A stretch of 64,000 nucleotides of DNA from contig CAVVJT010000007.1 in assembly GCA_963748625.1 (NCBI GenBank), forward strand, positions 960,001-1,024,000. Direction: 5' to 3'. Source of the DNA: an uncultured Chloroflexia bacterium. Its GTDB lineage: Bacteria; Chloroflexota; Limnocylindria; Limnocylindrales; CSP1-4. How positions within the stretch are numbered: the stretch's first letter is position 1; the number at the start of each line of letters is the position of its first letter. Made by a program: the position numbers and the translations under genes. The notes beneath the pieces are model-generated. The model was not told the DNA's origin and ran no database searches. It saw only the letters and a program-made list of their open reading frames with translations. Below, piece after piece: positions 50,308 to 59,253 of the stretch.

Positions 50308-51678
50308 ATGCCTCCCTCGACGCTGTCCCCCGAGATCCGCGAGCAGATCACGCGCCTGGGGCGTGCCGACATCATGGTCGGGATCCCCAGCTTCAAGAAC
50401 GCGGCCACCATCGGCTACGTGGTCAGGGCCGCCCATGCCGGCCTCGTCCAGTACTTCCCGGACCTCAAGCCGGTCCTGGTGAACTCCGACGCCGGGTCGT
50501 CTGACGGCACCCAGCGCGTCGTCATCGAGACCGAGCCGCCCGAGTACGTGGAGTCGATCCTGCTGGTCCGGCCCACCAACAAGCTCGACCGGGTGACGAT
50601 CACCTACCCCGAGATCGAGGGGACCGGTGGCAAGGGTGCCGCCCTGCGGGCGATCTTCGAGATCGCGGCCGCGCTCGACGTCCAGGCGCTGGTGGTGGTG
50701 GACTCGGACCTGCGCAGCATCGTGCCGGAGTGGATCGAGCTGCTGGCCGGGCCCATCCTCAAGGGCGGGTACGACTACGTCGCCCCGCTGTACTCGCGCT
50801 ACAAGTACGACGGGACCATCACCAACACGGTCACCTATCCGCTGACGCGCGCCCTGTACGGGCACCGGATCCGCCAGCCCATCGGCGGAGACTTCGGCGT
50901 GTCGGGCGATCTCGTCCGCCACTACCTGGAGCTGGATGACTGGACGCCGGAGATCAGCAAGTTCGGCATCGACATCTGGATGACCACGTCCGCGCTCACC
51001 GGCGGCTTCGCCGTCTGCCAGGCACGCCTGGGGGCGAAGGTCCACGATCCCAAGGATCCCGGCTCCGACCTGGGGCCGATGTTCCGCCAGGTCGTGTCCA
51101 CGATCCTCCGGCTGGCCGTGGCCCATCCCGACAGCTGGCTGGGCGTGCGCGGCTCCCACGACGTCCCCGCGTACGGCTTCGAGCGGATCATCGACCCGCC
51201 GCCGCTCGAGGTGAACGCGATCCGCCTGCTGGAGCAGTTCCATGCAGGCTCGCTCACCCTGGCGGACACGTGGCGGCGGATGCTGGCCCCAGCGAACGTG
51301 GAGCGGGTGCTCGCCCTCGCTGCAGACGCAGGCACGATGAGCGAGACGGCCTCGACCAGGCTGGGCATCGGCAGCGAGAGCGACGACCGCCATCCCGACA
51401 CCGCCACGATGGCAGAAGCGCTTGCGGGCTTCCACTTCCCCGACGACCTCTGGGCCCGCGTGGTCTACGACCTGGTCCTCGCCGTCCGCAAGGGCGACCT
51501 GGAGACAGGCGCGATGGTCGCGGCCCTCGTGCCGATCTACTTTGGCCGGGTGGGCAGCTTCGTGATCGAGAACCGGCACCTGACGACCGCCGACGCCGAG
51601 GAGCGGGTGGAGCGCCAGGCCCGGCAGTTCGAGCTCGACAAGGCCTACCTGGTGGAGCGCTGGGAGGCAGGCGCATGA
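50308..51678 (+). CDS. GT-A glycosyltransferase, glucosylglycerate/mannosylglycerate synthase-like
   Basis: GIPSFKNAATI, SDAGSSDGT, GKGAAL, DSD, RQPIGGDF, FGIDIWMT. Confidence 0.8.
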   Translation: MPPSTLSPEIREQITRLGRADIMVGIPSFKNAATIGYVVRAAHAGLVQYFPDLKPVLVNSDAGSSDGTQRVVIETEPPEYVESILLVRPTNKLDRVTITYPEIEGTGGKGAALRAIFEIAAALDVQALVVVDSDLRSIVPEWIELLAGPILKGGYDYVAPLYSRYKYDGTITNTVTYPLTRALYGHRIRQPIGGDFGVSGDLVRHYLELDDWTPEISKFGIDIWMTTSALTGGFAVCQARLGAKVHDPKDPGSDLGPMFRQVVSTILRLAVAHPDSWLGVRGSHDVPAYGFERIIDPPPLEVNAIRLLEQFHAGSLTLADTWRRMLAPANVERVLALAADAGTMSETASTRLGIGSESDDRHPDTATMAEALAGFHFPDDLWARVVYDLVLAVRKGDLETGAMVAALVPIYFGRVGSFVIENRHLTTADAEERVERQARQFELDKAYLVERWEAGA

Positions 51679-53594
51679 GCGGTGAACCGCTTCCGTCCCG
51701 CGTGGTCATTCCGGTCGCGAACCCGCTCACCGCCGAGGAGCTGATCCGGATCGGCGCGTCCCTCATGGACGAGCGCACCGGCGAGCTGACCGCCCTGGGC
51801 ATCGTCGAGGTTCCCGAGGGCATGCCGCTCTCGGAGGGCGCGACGCGTGCCCGGCAGGCCCGGCGGCTCCTCCAGAAGGTGATGGACTACGTCCCCGAGG
51901 GGACGGTCATCCATCCCCTGGTCCGCATCGGGCGGCATGCCGCGGCCGGCATCGTGGAGGCGGCGGCGGAACAGGATGCCGATCTCCTGATCTTCGGCTG
52001 GGGCGGCAAGTCCGGCCCGCACCGGGACCCCAGCGGGCCGACCATCTCGCCCACGATCGACGAGGTCGTGCGCGAGTCGCCCTGCGACATCGCGGTGGTC
52101 AAGCAGCGGGGCGCCCGGGACATCCGCCGCATCCTCGTCCCCGTCCGCGGTGGCCCCCACGCCGAGCTGGCCCTGCGCTTCGCGGATGCGCTGGCCCACC
52201 GCCACGACGCCACCGTGGTGGTGATGCACCTGGTGCCCGCGGGCGTCACCGAGGCCGTCCGGGCCCAAGCCGAGCGAGCGCTGGCCGCCTTCGTGCGGCA
52301 GTTCGTCACGGCGAAGGCCGAGCCGCTCCTGCGCGAGGCGGCCAACGTGCGCAACGCCATCCTGCGCGAGGCTGAGAACGCGGACCTCGTGGTCATGGGC
52401 GCCTCGGCCCCGCCAGGCGAGCCCGGCGGCACGCTGTTCGGCGCCCTGCCGGAGGCGATCGCCCAGCGTGCCAAGCCAACGGTCATCGTGGTCAAGACCC
52501 GTGACCCGATCAGCCGCCAGACCTTCGAGCAGCTCGCCGGCCGCGCCGAGACCCTGGCCGCCGCCGACCGCGCCGCCGAGGAGTCCCGCGCGGTCCCGGC
52601 CAAGGTGGACCGCTGGTTCGCCGAGGCCAACTTCCACCACTCCGAGTTCGCGGACCTCGGCCGTCTCGTGGCGCTCAAGCAGAAGCAGGGCATCACGGTG
52701 AGCCTGGTGCTGCCAACGCTCAACGAGTCGGAGACGATCGGGCCCATCGTCCGGCGCGCGGTGAAGGAGATGCAGGAGCGCTACCCGCTCCTCGACGAGA
52801 TCCTCGTGATCGATTCCGCGTCCGAGGACGACACCCGCGAGATCGCCGAGTCCGAGGGCGCCCGCGTCGTCCAGCACCCGGACGTCCTCGCCCGCTACGG
52901 CTCGTACCGCGGCAAGGGCGAGGCGCTCTGGAAGTCCCTGTACGAGACATCGGGCGACATCATCGTCTGGGCCGACACGGACGTCCGCAACTGGCACCAC
53001 CGCATGGTCTACGGCACGCTCGGCCCGCTGCTGGTGGAGCCGCGTCTCAAGTACGTGAAGGGCTACTACCAGCGCCCTATCGTGGAGGGCGGCGTCCTGA
53101 AGGAGGGCGGCGGCGGCCGGGTCACGGAGCTGGTCGCACGGCCGCTGATCAACCTGTTCTTCCCGGAGCTGTCGGGCCTGATCCAGCCGCTCTCGGGCGA
53201 ATACGCCGGCCGGCGGTCGCTGCTCGAGCAGATCCCGTTCTTCACCGGGTACGCCGTGGAGATCGGGCACCTGATCGATGTCCTCGACAAGGCCGGCCTG
53301 GGCGGGCTCGGCCAGGTGGACCTGGAGCGGCGCGTACACCGCAACCAGGAGCTCGAAGGACTCTCGCGGATGTCGTTCGTGATCCTGCAGGCCGTGATGA
53401 AGCGGCTCGAGGAGCGGCGGCGCGCGCGGCTGTTCGCGGAGCTGGGCCACACCATGAAGTTGCCGCGCTCGGGCAAGGGCCGGCTCTCGCTCGAGGTGCA
53501 GGAGGTCGCCGACCACGAGCGGCCGCCGATGATCCGCATCCCTGAGTACCTGGAGCGGCGGGCGGCCCGGGACGCCGGCGACGCGGCGGACTAG
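51675..53594 (+). CDS. gpgS: Glucosyl-3-phosphoglycerate synthase with two N-terminal universal stress protein domains
   Basis: VIPVAN...DLLIFGW...PCDIAVVK and ILVPVRGG USP domains; LPTLNE, GKGEALWKSL, GGRVTELVARP, QPLSGEYA, GYAVEIG, HRNQ. Confidence 0.9.
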   Translation: MSGEPLPSRVVIPVANPLTAEELIRIGASLMDERTGELTALGIVEVPEGMPLSEGATRARQARRLLQKVMDYVPEGTVIHPLVRIGRHAAAGIVEAAAEQDADLLIFGWGGKSGPHRDPSGPTISPTIDEVVRESPCDIAVVKQRGARDIRRILVPVRGGPHAELALRFADALAHRHDATVVVMHLVPAGVTEAVRAQAERALAAFVRQFVTAKAEPLLREAANVRNAILREAENADLVVMGASAPPGEPGGTLFGALPEAIAQRAKPTVIVVKTRDPISRQTFEQLAGRAETLAAADRAAEESRAVPAKVDRWFAEANFHHSEFADLGRLVALKQKQGITVSLVLPTLNESETIGPIVRRAVKEMQERYPLLDEILVIDSASEDDTREIAESEGARVVQHPDVLARYGSYRGKGEALWKSLYETSGDIIVWADTDVRNWHHRMVYGTLGPLLVEPRLKYVKGYYQRPIVEGGVLKEGGGGRVTELVARPLINLFFPELSGLIQPLSGEYAGRRSLLEQIPFFTGYAVEIGHLIDVLDKAGLGGLGQVDLERRVHRNQELEGLSRMSFVILQAVMKRLEERRRARLFAELGHTMKLPRSGKGRLSLEVQEVADHERPPMIRIPEYLERRAARDAGDAAD

Positions 53595-53641
53595 GGGCGT
53601 GGAGCCCGGCGGCGTGGGTCCCACGGCAGGCACGTGCGGGC

Positions 53642-53795
53642 GGGGCTTCCCAAGCCCCGATTTCGACGGTGCGCCGTCCGAATGGGGCTCCCGAAGCCAC
53701 GAAACGGCGGCCGCAGGCCCGACGCGGCGTCGTTTTGGGGCTCCCGAAGCCACGAGACGGCGGTCGAGGCACGGAATCGGGGCTTCCGGTGCCCC
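53642..53795. repeat. Cluster of four 17-bp palindromes, family C (GGGGCT-N5-WGCCMC)
   Basis: Copies at 53642, 53684, 53737 and 53779 (spacing 42/53/42); the middle two share a 27-bp direct repeat. Confidence 0.8.
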
Positions 53796-53855
53796 GGACG
53801 CGGCGCCGGGCGCCCCGGACGCGGCGCGGGCTCCCAGCCGTCGGAGCCGCACGTG

Positions 53856-55019
53856 ATGCGTGTCCTGATCGCCCCGGACTCCTTCAAGGGGACGCTCACC
53901 TCGGTCCAGGTCGCCGAGGCGCTTGCTGAGGGCTGGCGCCGGGCGCGTCCGGACGACGAGGTGGCGCTGGCGCCCCTGGCCGACGGCGGCGAGGGCACGC
54001 TGGTGGCGGTGCACGCAGCCGGCGGCTGGACGTGGCGCGAGGCACGGGCCCACGACCCGCTGGGCCGCCCGTGCACGGCACGCTGGCTCGCGAGGGACGA
54101 TGGGCGGGCGGCATTCGTGGAGATGGCGCAGGCCAGCGGGCTCTCGCTGGTGGACCCCGATGAACGCGACCCGGTCGCCGCCACGACGCTCGGCACGGGC
54201 GAGGTCCTCCGCGCTGTGCTGGACGCTGGGATCCGCGAGATCGCGCTGGGCATCGGCGGCTCCGCGACCACGGATGGCGGGGCGGGCATGCTGCGCGCGC
54301 TGGGCGCCCAGGTGCGCGAGGAGCTGGGCGGCGTTGACCTGGCCGGACTCGACCCGCGCTTGGCTGGTGTCCACCTGCGGATCGCGTCAGATGTGACCAA
54401 CCCGCTCCTCGGCGAGCGCGGTGCGGCCGCGGTCTACGGACCCCAGAAGGGCGCCGACCGGGCGACCGTCGCCCTCCTCGACGCGCGCCTCACGCGGTAT
54501 GCCGACGCCCTGGAGGCAGCAGCCGGCCGCCGCGAGCGCGAGACCCCGGGCACGGGCGCCGCGGGCGGCCTGGGCTTCAGCCTGCTGTGCCTGCGCGACC
54601 GGTTCGCGTCCCTGGAGCTTGTCCCCGGCATCGATCTCGTGATGGCCGAGGCCGGCTTCGACAAGGCCCTCTCCCGCGCGGACCTCGTCATCACCGGCGA
54701 AGGGCGGATCGACGGCCAGACCGCGTTCGGCAAGACTGCGATGGGCGTCGCTCGTCGTGCCCAGGCAGCCGGCGTGCGCTGCATCGGCGTGGGCGGCGGC
54801 GTCACGCCAGAGGGGTTCGAGGCCCTGGCCCAGGCCGAGGCCGAGGCGGTCCCGGTGCACGAGACCCCCGTGACCCTCGAGGCGGCGATTGCGGCGGGTA
54901 CCGCGCCCGTCGTCGCCTGCGGAGAGCGCCTGGCGCGGCGCCAGCCGGGGAGCGATCGCGTCGTGATCGGCGATGACGTCGATGCGCCCGTCGCCGACTT
55001 CGAAGAGTCGCAGGCTTGA
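53856..55019 (+). CDS. glxK: Glycerate kinase (GlxK/GarK family)
   Basis: IAPDSFKG, ADGGEGT, GIGGSATTDGG, DVTNPL, GPQKGA, GAAGG, ITGEGRID. Confidence 0.94.
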   Translation: MRVLIAPDSFKGTLTSVQVAEALAEGWRRARPDDEVALAPLADGGEGTLVAVHAAGGWTWREARAHDPLGRPCTARWLARDDGRAAFVEMAQASGLSLVDPDERDPVAATTLGTGEVLRAVLDAGIREIALGIGGSATTDGGAGMLRALGAQVREELGGVDLAGLDPRLAGVHLRIASDVTNPLLGERGAAAVYGPQKGADRATVALLDARLTRYADALEAAAGRRERETPGTGAAGGLGFSLLCLRDRFASLELVPGIDLVMAEAGFDKALSRADLVITGEGRIDGQTAFGKTAMGVARRAQAAGVRCIGVGGGVTPEGFEALAQAEAEAVPVHETPVTLEAAIAAGTAPVVACGERLARRQPGSDRVVIGDDVDAPVADFEESQA

Positions 55020-55044
55020 CCTAGTCCACCGGTTAGTCCACCAT
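55016..55044 (+). promoter_or_regulatory. TA promoter/operator
   Basis: TTGACC, 17 bp, CACCAT, then 7 nt to ATG 55052; direct repeat TAGTCCACC at 55022 and 55034. Confidence 0.5.
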
Positions 55045-55051
55045 GGCTGCC

Positions 55052-55315
55052 ATGGACACCGTCGTCAACATCCACGAGGCCAAGACGCACTTCTCGCGGC
55101 TGGTCGAACGGGCAGAGAAGGGCGAGCGGATCACCATTGCGCGTGCCGGTGTCCCGGTCGCGATGCTTGTCGCGATCGAGCCCAAGACACCCCTCGGGCG
55201 GCCGATCGGGATCGACAAGGGGAAGATCATCATCCACGACGACTTCGATGATCCCCTTCCCGAGTTCGAGGAGTGGATGGAGAAGTCGATCTTCCCGGAG
55301 CCGGACGGCGAGTGA
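55052..55315 (+). CDS. Phd/YefM-family antitoxin
   Basis: VNIHEAKTHFSRLV...GERITIARAGVPVA; DDFDDPLP. Confidence 0.93.
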   Translation: MDTVVNIHEAKTHFSRLVERAEKGERITIARAGVPVAMLVAIEPKTPLGRPIGIDKGKIIIHDDFDDPLPEFEEWMEKSIFPEPDGE

Positions 55316-55698
55316 GGCTCCTGCTCGACACGCACACGTTCCTCTGGGCGGCCGCGGACAACCCTCGACTCTCCCCTCGGGCCCGCGCGCTGATCAATGA
55401 CCAGTCGACCGAGCTGGTCCTGAGCTCGGTGGCGGCCGCGGAAGTCGCCCTCAAGGTCGCGAAGGGCCGTCTCGAGCTCCCGGAAGAACCCGCGCGGTGG
55501 TTCACGTTGCGCATGCGTGCCTTCGGAGTAACCGAGCTGCCGTTGACGATCGCCCACGCGCTCGCGGCGGCGTCGCTTCCGCCGATTCACGGTGATCCTT
55601 GGGATCGCTTCCTCGTCGCCCAGGCCCGGGCAGAATCGATCCCGATCCTGACAGCCGACACCATCCTCCACCGCTACGAGGTCGAGATCCTGTGGTGA
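55312..55698 (+). CDS. vapC: VapC PIN-domain toxin
   Basis: LLLDTHTFLW, HGDPWDRFLVAQA, LTAD. Confidence 0.93.
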   Translation: MRLLLDTHTFLWAAADNPRLSPRARALINDQSTELVLSSVAAAEVALKVAKGRLELPEEPARWFTLRMRAFGVTELPLTIAHALAAASLPPIHGDPWDRFLVAQARAESIPILTADTILHRYEVEILW

Positions 55699-56558
55699 CC
55701 GCCAAGCCGGCGACCGAGAAGCCCGCGCCGAAGAAGCCCGCCACCAAGAGGAAGCCGGCCAAGCGCACCCGCAAGCCCGCTGACCCGGCGCAGCAGTGGG
55801 CCGGATACCTGCGGCGCTACCGGCCCGGCCTCCAGTCCTTCGTGCTGGACGGCCTCACCCGCCAGTACGGGGAGCAGACCTGGCACAAGTCGCGCCTGGA
55901 CCCCACCAGCGAGTTGATCCTCACGATCCTCACCCAGAACACGGCCGACGTGAACGCCGAGAAGGCGTACGAGGCCCTGCGTGCCGCCTACGCCTCCGAC
56001 AACGCCCCTGAGATCCACCGCCCCGACATCGGCTGGGGCGGGGGCGGGTTGGGCGACGCACCGCCGCCGGACTGGTCGCACGTGGAGAACGCACCCCTGC
56101 CCGAGCTCGTCGACGTGATCCGGCCCGGCGGCCTCGCACCCCAGAAGGCGCCTCGCCTCCAGGCGACCCTGCGGCACATCCGCGAGCAGCGCGGTGACTA
56201 CAGCCTCGAGTTCCTGGGCGACATGCCCGCCCTCGACGCCCGCGACTGGCTGACCTCCATCGACGGCGTCGGGAAGAAGACCGCGTCGATCGTGCTCGCG
56301 TTCTGCTTCGGCATGCCGCTGATGGCGGTGGACCGCCACGTGGAGCGGGTGAGCAAGCGCATCGGCCTGATCCCCGAGAAGGCGACAGCGGACCAGGCCC
56401 ACGACCTGTACCTGGGCATCCTGGAGCCTGACCAGATGTACGCCGGGCACGTGCTGCTGATCCACCACGGGCGCGAGCTCTGCCACGCCCAGAACCCCAA
56501 GCACGACCTGTGCCCGCTGCGCGACCGCTGCCGGGCCGTGGACAGGAAGGCCCCTTGA
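55695..56558 (+). CDS. nth: Endonuclease III (HhH-GPD glycosylase)
   Basis: ILTQNTAD, IDGVGKKTA HhH motif, VDRHVERV, C-terminal FeS motif variant. Confidence 0.88.
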   Translation: MTAKPATEKPAPKKPATKRKPAKRTRKPADPAQQWAGYLRRYRPGLQSFVLDGLTRQYGEQTWHKSRLDPTSELILTILTQNTADVNAEKAYEALRAAYASDNAPEIHRPDIGWGGGGLGDAPPPDWSHVENAPLPELVDVIRPGGLAPQKAPRLQATLRHIREQRGDYSLEFLGDMPALDARDWLTSIDGVGKKTASIVLAFCFGMPLMAVDRHVERVSKRIGLIPEKATADQAHDLYLGILEPDQMYAGHVLLIHHGRELCHAQNPKHDLCPLRDRCRAVDRKAP

Positions 56559-56577
56559 CGGGCGGGAGAGCACGCAC

Positions 56578-58236
56578 GTGACCCAGCTGTCCGAGACCCT
56601 TGACGACCTGCTTGCGAGGGACTTCGCCGCGTCACCCGTGGCCGCATCGGGCTTCGGCCTGACCGACTTCGACGAGCGGCTGGACGACCTCTCGGCCGAT
56701 GCCTTCGCGGCCCGCGACGCCTATGCGGCAGACCTGCTGGCCCGGCTGGACGGGATCGGGGATGAGGGCCTCACGCCCGACGAGACGATCGACCGTGACC
56801 TCGCCCGCGCGGTGCTCACAGGCCGCGGGATCCTGGCCCCGTTCCAGGCCTGGAAGCGGGACCCCGTCGTGTACACGGGGCCGGTCACCGGCGGCCTGTT
56901 CACCCTGTTCCTCCACCGCCTCCGTCCCGAGGCGGACCTGGTGGACGCGTGCGTGGCACGGCTGGGCCGGGTGGAGTCCGTGGTGGACGCCGGTATCGCC
57001 AACCTGGACCCGGCGCTCGCCCACCCGCTCATCGTTGAGCGCGGCCTCGGCGCCGCCCGGGCGTCCGTGCGCTACGTGCGCGACCTCGTGTGGCAGGACG
57101 TCCAGGACCCGGCGAAGCGCGAGGCGCTGCGCGGGGCCGGTGCGGCAGCCGCGCCGCACCTCGAACGGTTCGTCAGCCACCTCGAGACGCTCCTCGGACA
57201 GGCCCATGGCAGCTGGCAGCTGGGCGAGGAGGGGTACTCGCGGATCCTGCGTGAGCGCGAGGTCCTCGGCGATGACGCCCGCTCCCTGCGCGAGCGCGGC
57301 CAGCGCGAGTTCGACCGCCTCGACGCCGAGATGGCGGCGCTCGCGAGAGACGCCACCGGCAACCCGGACTACGTCACGGTGATCCGCGAGGACGACGCCA
57401 ACCACCCGCCCACGGAGGCCGCGATGCTCGAGGCCTACACGGAGTGGACGGCGAAGGCCCGCGGGTTCCTCGCGGACACGGGGCTGGTGACCCTCCCGCC
57501 CGGTGAGACGTGCGCGGTCGTGCCGTCGCCTGTGTTCCAGCGGCCGGTCCTCGGCGTGGCCTCATACATGTCGCCCCCCGCCTTCTCGCAGAGCTGGAAG
57601 GGCCACTTCTTCGTCCCGTTCGCCCCCGACGGCGCCCCGGAGGAGGAGATCCAGGGGCGCCTCTCCAACAACTCGTACGGCTCCATCCCCACCACCTCCG
57701 TCCACGAGGCCTACCCGGGCCACCACTGGCACCTGGTGATGCGCAAGGGCAACCCGAGCAACGTGCGCAAGGTCTACTCGACGCCCTACTTCAGCGAGGG
57801 CTGGGCCCTCTACGCCGAGCGCGTCATGCGCGAGCGCGGCTTCTTCGAGACCCCGCTCCACGAGCTGCAGCACCTCTCGGCAACCATCTTCCGCGCCGCC
57901 CGGATCATCGTGGACACCTCGCTCCACCTGGGCGAGATGGACTACGAGACCGCGGTGACGTTCATGATGGAGAAGGCCGCCTTGCCGGACCCCGTGGCCC
58001 GCGCGGAGGTGGGCCGGTACTGCTGGTGGCCCACCCAGGCCTCCTCGTACCTGACGGGGTGCCTGGAGATCCTCGCGATCCGCGATCGCTACCTCGCGGC
58101 GCGTGGCTTCGCCGGCACGTCCGCTCGTGACGTCCCGGTCGGGATCGTCCGCGACTTCCATGACGCGATCGCCTCGTCCGGGGCGCTTCCCCTGGGCCTC
58201 GCGGAGCGGGCCGTCATGCAGACCCTGCCGGCCTGA
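56578..58236 (+). CDS. DUF885 family protein (putative metallopeptidase-like)
   Basis: HEAYPGHHW, EGWALYAE, FRAARIIVDT, EVGRY...PTQASSY. Confidence 0.9.
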   Translation: MTQLSETLDDLLARDFAASPVAASGFGLTDFDERLDDLSADAFAARDAYAADLLARLDGIGDEGLTPDETIDRDLARAVLTGRGILAPFQAWKRDPVVYTGPVTGGLFTLFLHRLRPEADLVDACVARLGRVESVVDAGIANLDPALAHPLIVERGLGAARASVRYVRDLVWQDVQDPAKREALRGAGAAAAPHLERFVSHLETLLGQAHGSWQLGEEGYSRILREREVLGDDARSLRERGQREFDRLDAEMAALARDATGNPDYVTVIREDDANHPPTEAAMLEAYTEWTAKARGFLADTGLVTLPPGETCAVVPSPVFQRPVLGVASYMSPPAFSQSWKGHFFVPFAPDGAPEEEIQGRLSNNSYGSIPTTSVHEAYPGHHWHLVMRKGNPSNVRKVYSTPYFSEGWALYAERVMRERGFFETPLHELQHLSATIFRAARIIVDTSLHLGEMDYETAVTFMMEKAALPDPVARAEVGRYCWWPTQASSYLTGCLEILAIRDRYLAARGFAGTSARDVPVGIVRDFHDAIASSGALPLGLAERAVMQTLPA

Positions 58237-58239
58237 ACG

Positions 58240-59253
58240 ATGCCTGCCACCGGGCGCACGGCCCTCGTCCTCGACGTCGACACGGGCATCGACGACGCCC
58301 TGGCCCTGCTCTACGCAGCGGCCAGCCCGGAGGCCGAGCTCGTGGCGGTCACGTGCCTGTCAGGCAACGTCGAGGCCGGCGACGTCGCTCGGAACACGCT
58401 CGGGGTGCTGGAGATGGCGGGCCGTGGCGACGTGGAGGTGGCGATCGGGCGGCGCGTGCCACTGGTGCGGGCGCTGGAGATCACCCCGGAGACGCACGGT
58501 CCGCGCGGGACGGGGCACGCCATCCTTGCCGATCCTGCGCGCCCGGCCTCGGGACGCTTCGGACCGGACGTCATCGTGGAGGAAGCCCGCCGTCGCCCAG
58601 GGGAGCTCGTGCTGGTCACCCTCGGCCCGCTCACGAACCTCGCGCTCGCGTTGCGCGCCGAACCCGCGCTGCCACGCCTGCTGCGCCGGTGGGTGGCGAT
58701 GGGCGGCGCCTTCACGGTTCCCGGCAACACCACGCCCACGACGGAGTGGAACGTCCACTGCGATCCGGAGGCTGCGCACGAGTGCTTCGCCGCCTGGCAG
58801 CGCGCGGTGGACGACGATCCGGCGACGCCGCGAGCGCTGGTCATGGGCCTCGACGTGACGGAGCGGGCACGGATCATGCCCGATGACCTGCTGGCGCTCG
58901 CGGCCCGGGCGGGCACGACGCCCGGCTCCGGTGACAACCGGATCGTCGGCTTCATCGACGACGCGCTCCGCTGGTACTTCGAGTTCCACGAGCGGTACGA
59001 CGGCTTCTACGGCGCCTTCATCCACGACCCGTTCGTCGTGGCAGCGGCGCTTGACGCGGCGCTCGTCAGGACGGAACCGTACGCCGTCGACGTGGACACG
59101 GCGGGCGGCGCGGCGGACGGGATGACGATCGCGGACCGTCGCGGGATCTGGGGCCGTCGCCCCAACGTGGACGTGGCTGTTGACGGTGGCGCTGAGGCCT
59201 TCCTGGCGCGCCTGATCGAACGGGTGGGCGGGCTGGCCGCCGAGCGCGCCTAG
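58240..59253 (+). CDS. Nucleoside hydrolase (IU-NH family)
   Basis: DVDTGIDDA, LGPLTNLA, MGG, EWNVHCDPEAA, HDP. Confidence 0.93.
   Translation: MPATGRTALVLDVDTGIDDALALLYAAASPEAELVAVTCLSGNVEAGDVARNTLGVLEMAGRGDVEVAIGRRVPLVRALEITPETHGPRGTGHAILADPARPASGRFGPDVIVEEARRRPGELVLVTLGPLTNLALALRAEPALPRLLRRWVAMGGAFTVPGNTTPTTEWNVHCDPEAAHECFAAWQRAVDDDPATPRALVMGLDVTERARIMPDDLLALAARAGTTPGSGDNRIVGFIDDALRWYFEFHERYDGFYGAFIHDPFVVAAALDAALVRTEPYAVDVDTAGGAADGMTIADRRGIWGRRPNVDVAVDGGAEAFLARLIERVGGLAAERA

Noticed and set aside
58240-59253. Nucleoside hydrolase as the feeder enzyme for the BMC
   Set aside because: 24 kb away in an unrelated operon, with no SorC-type box seen upstream; IU-NH enzymes usually prefer ribonucleosides
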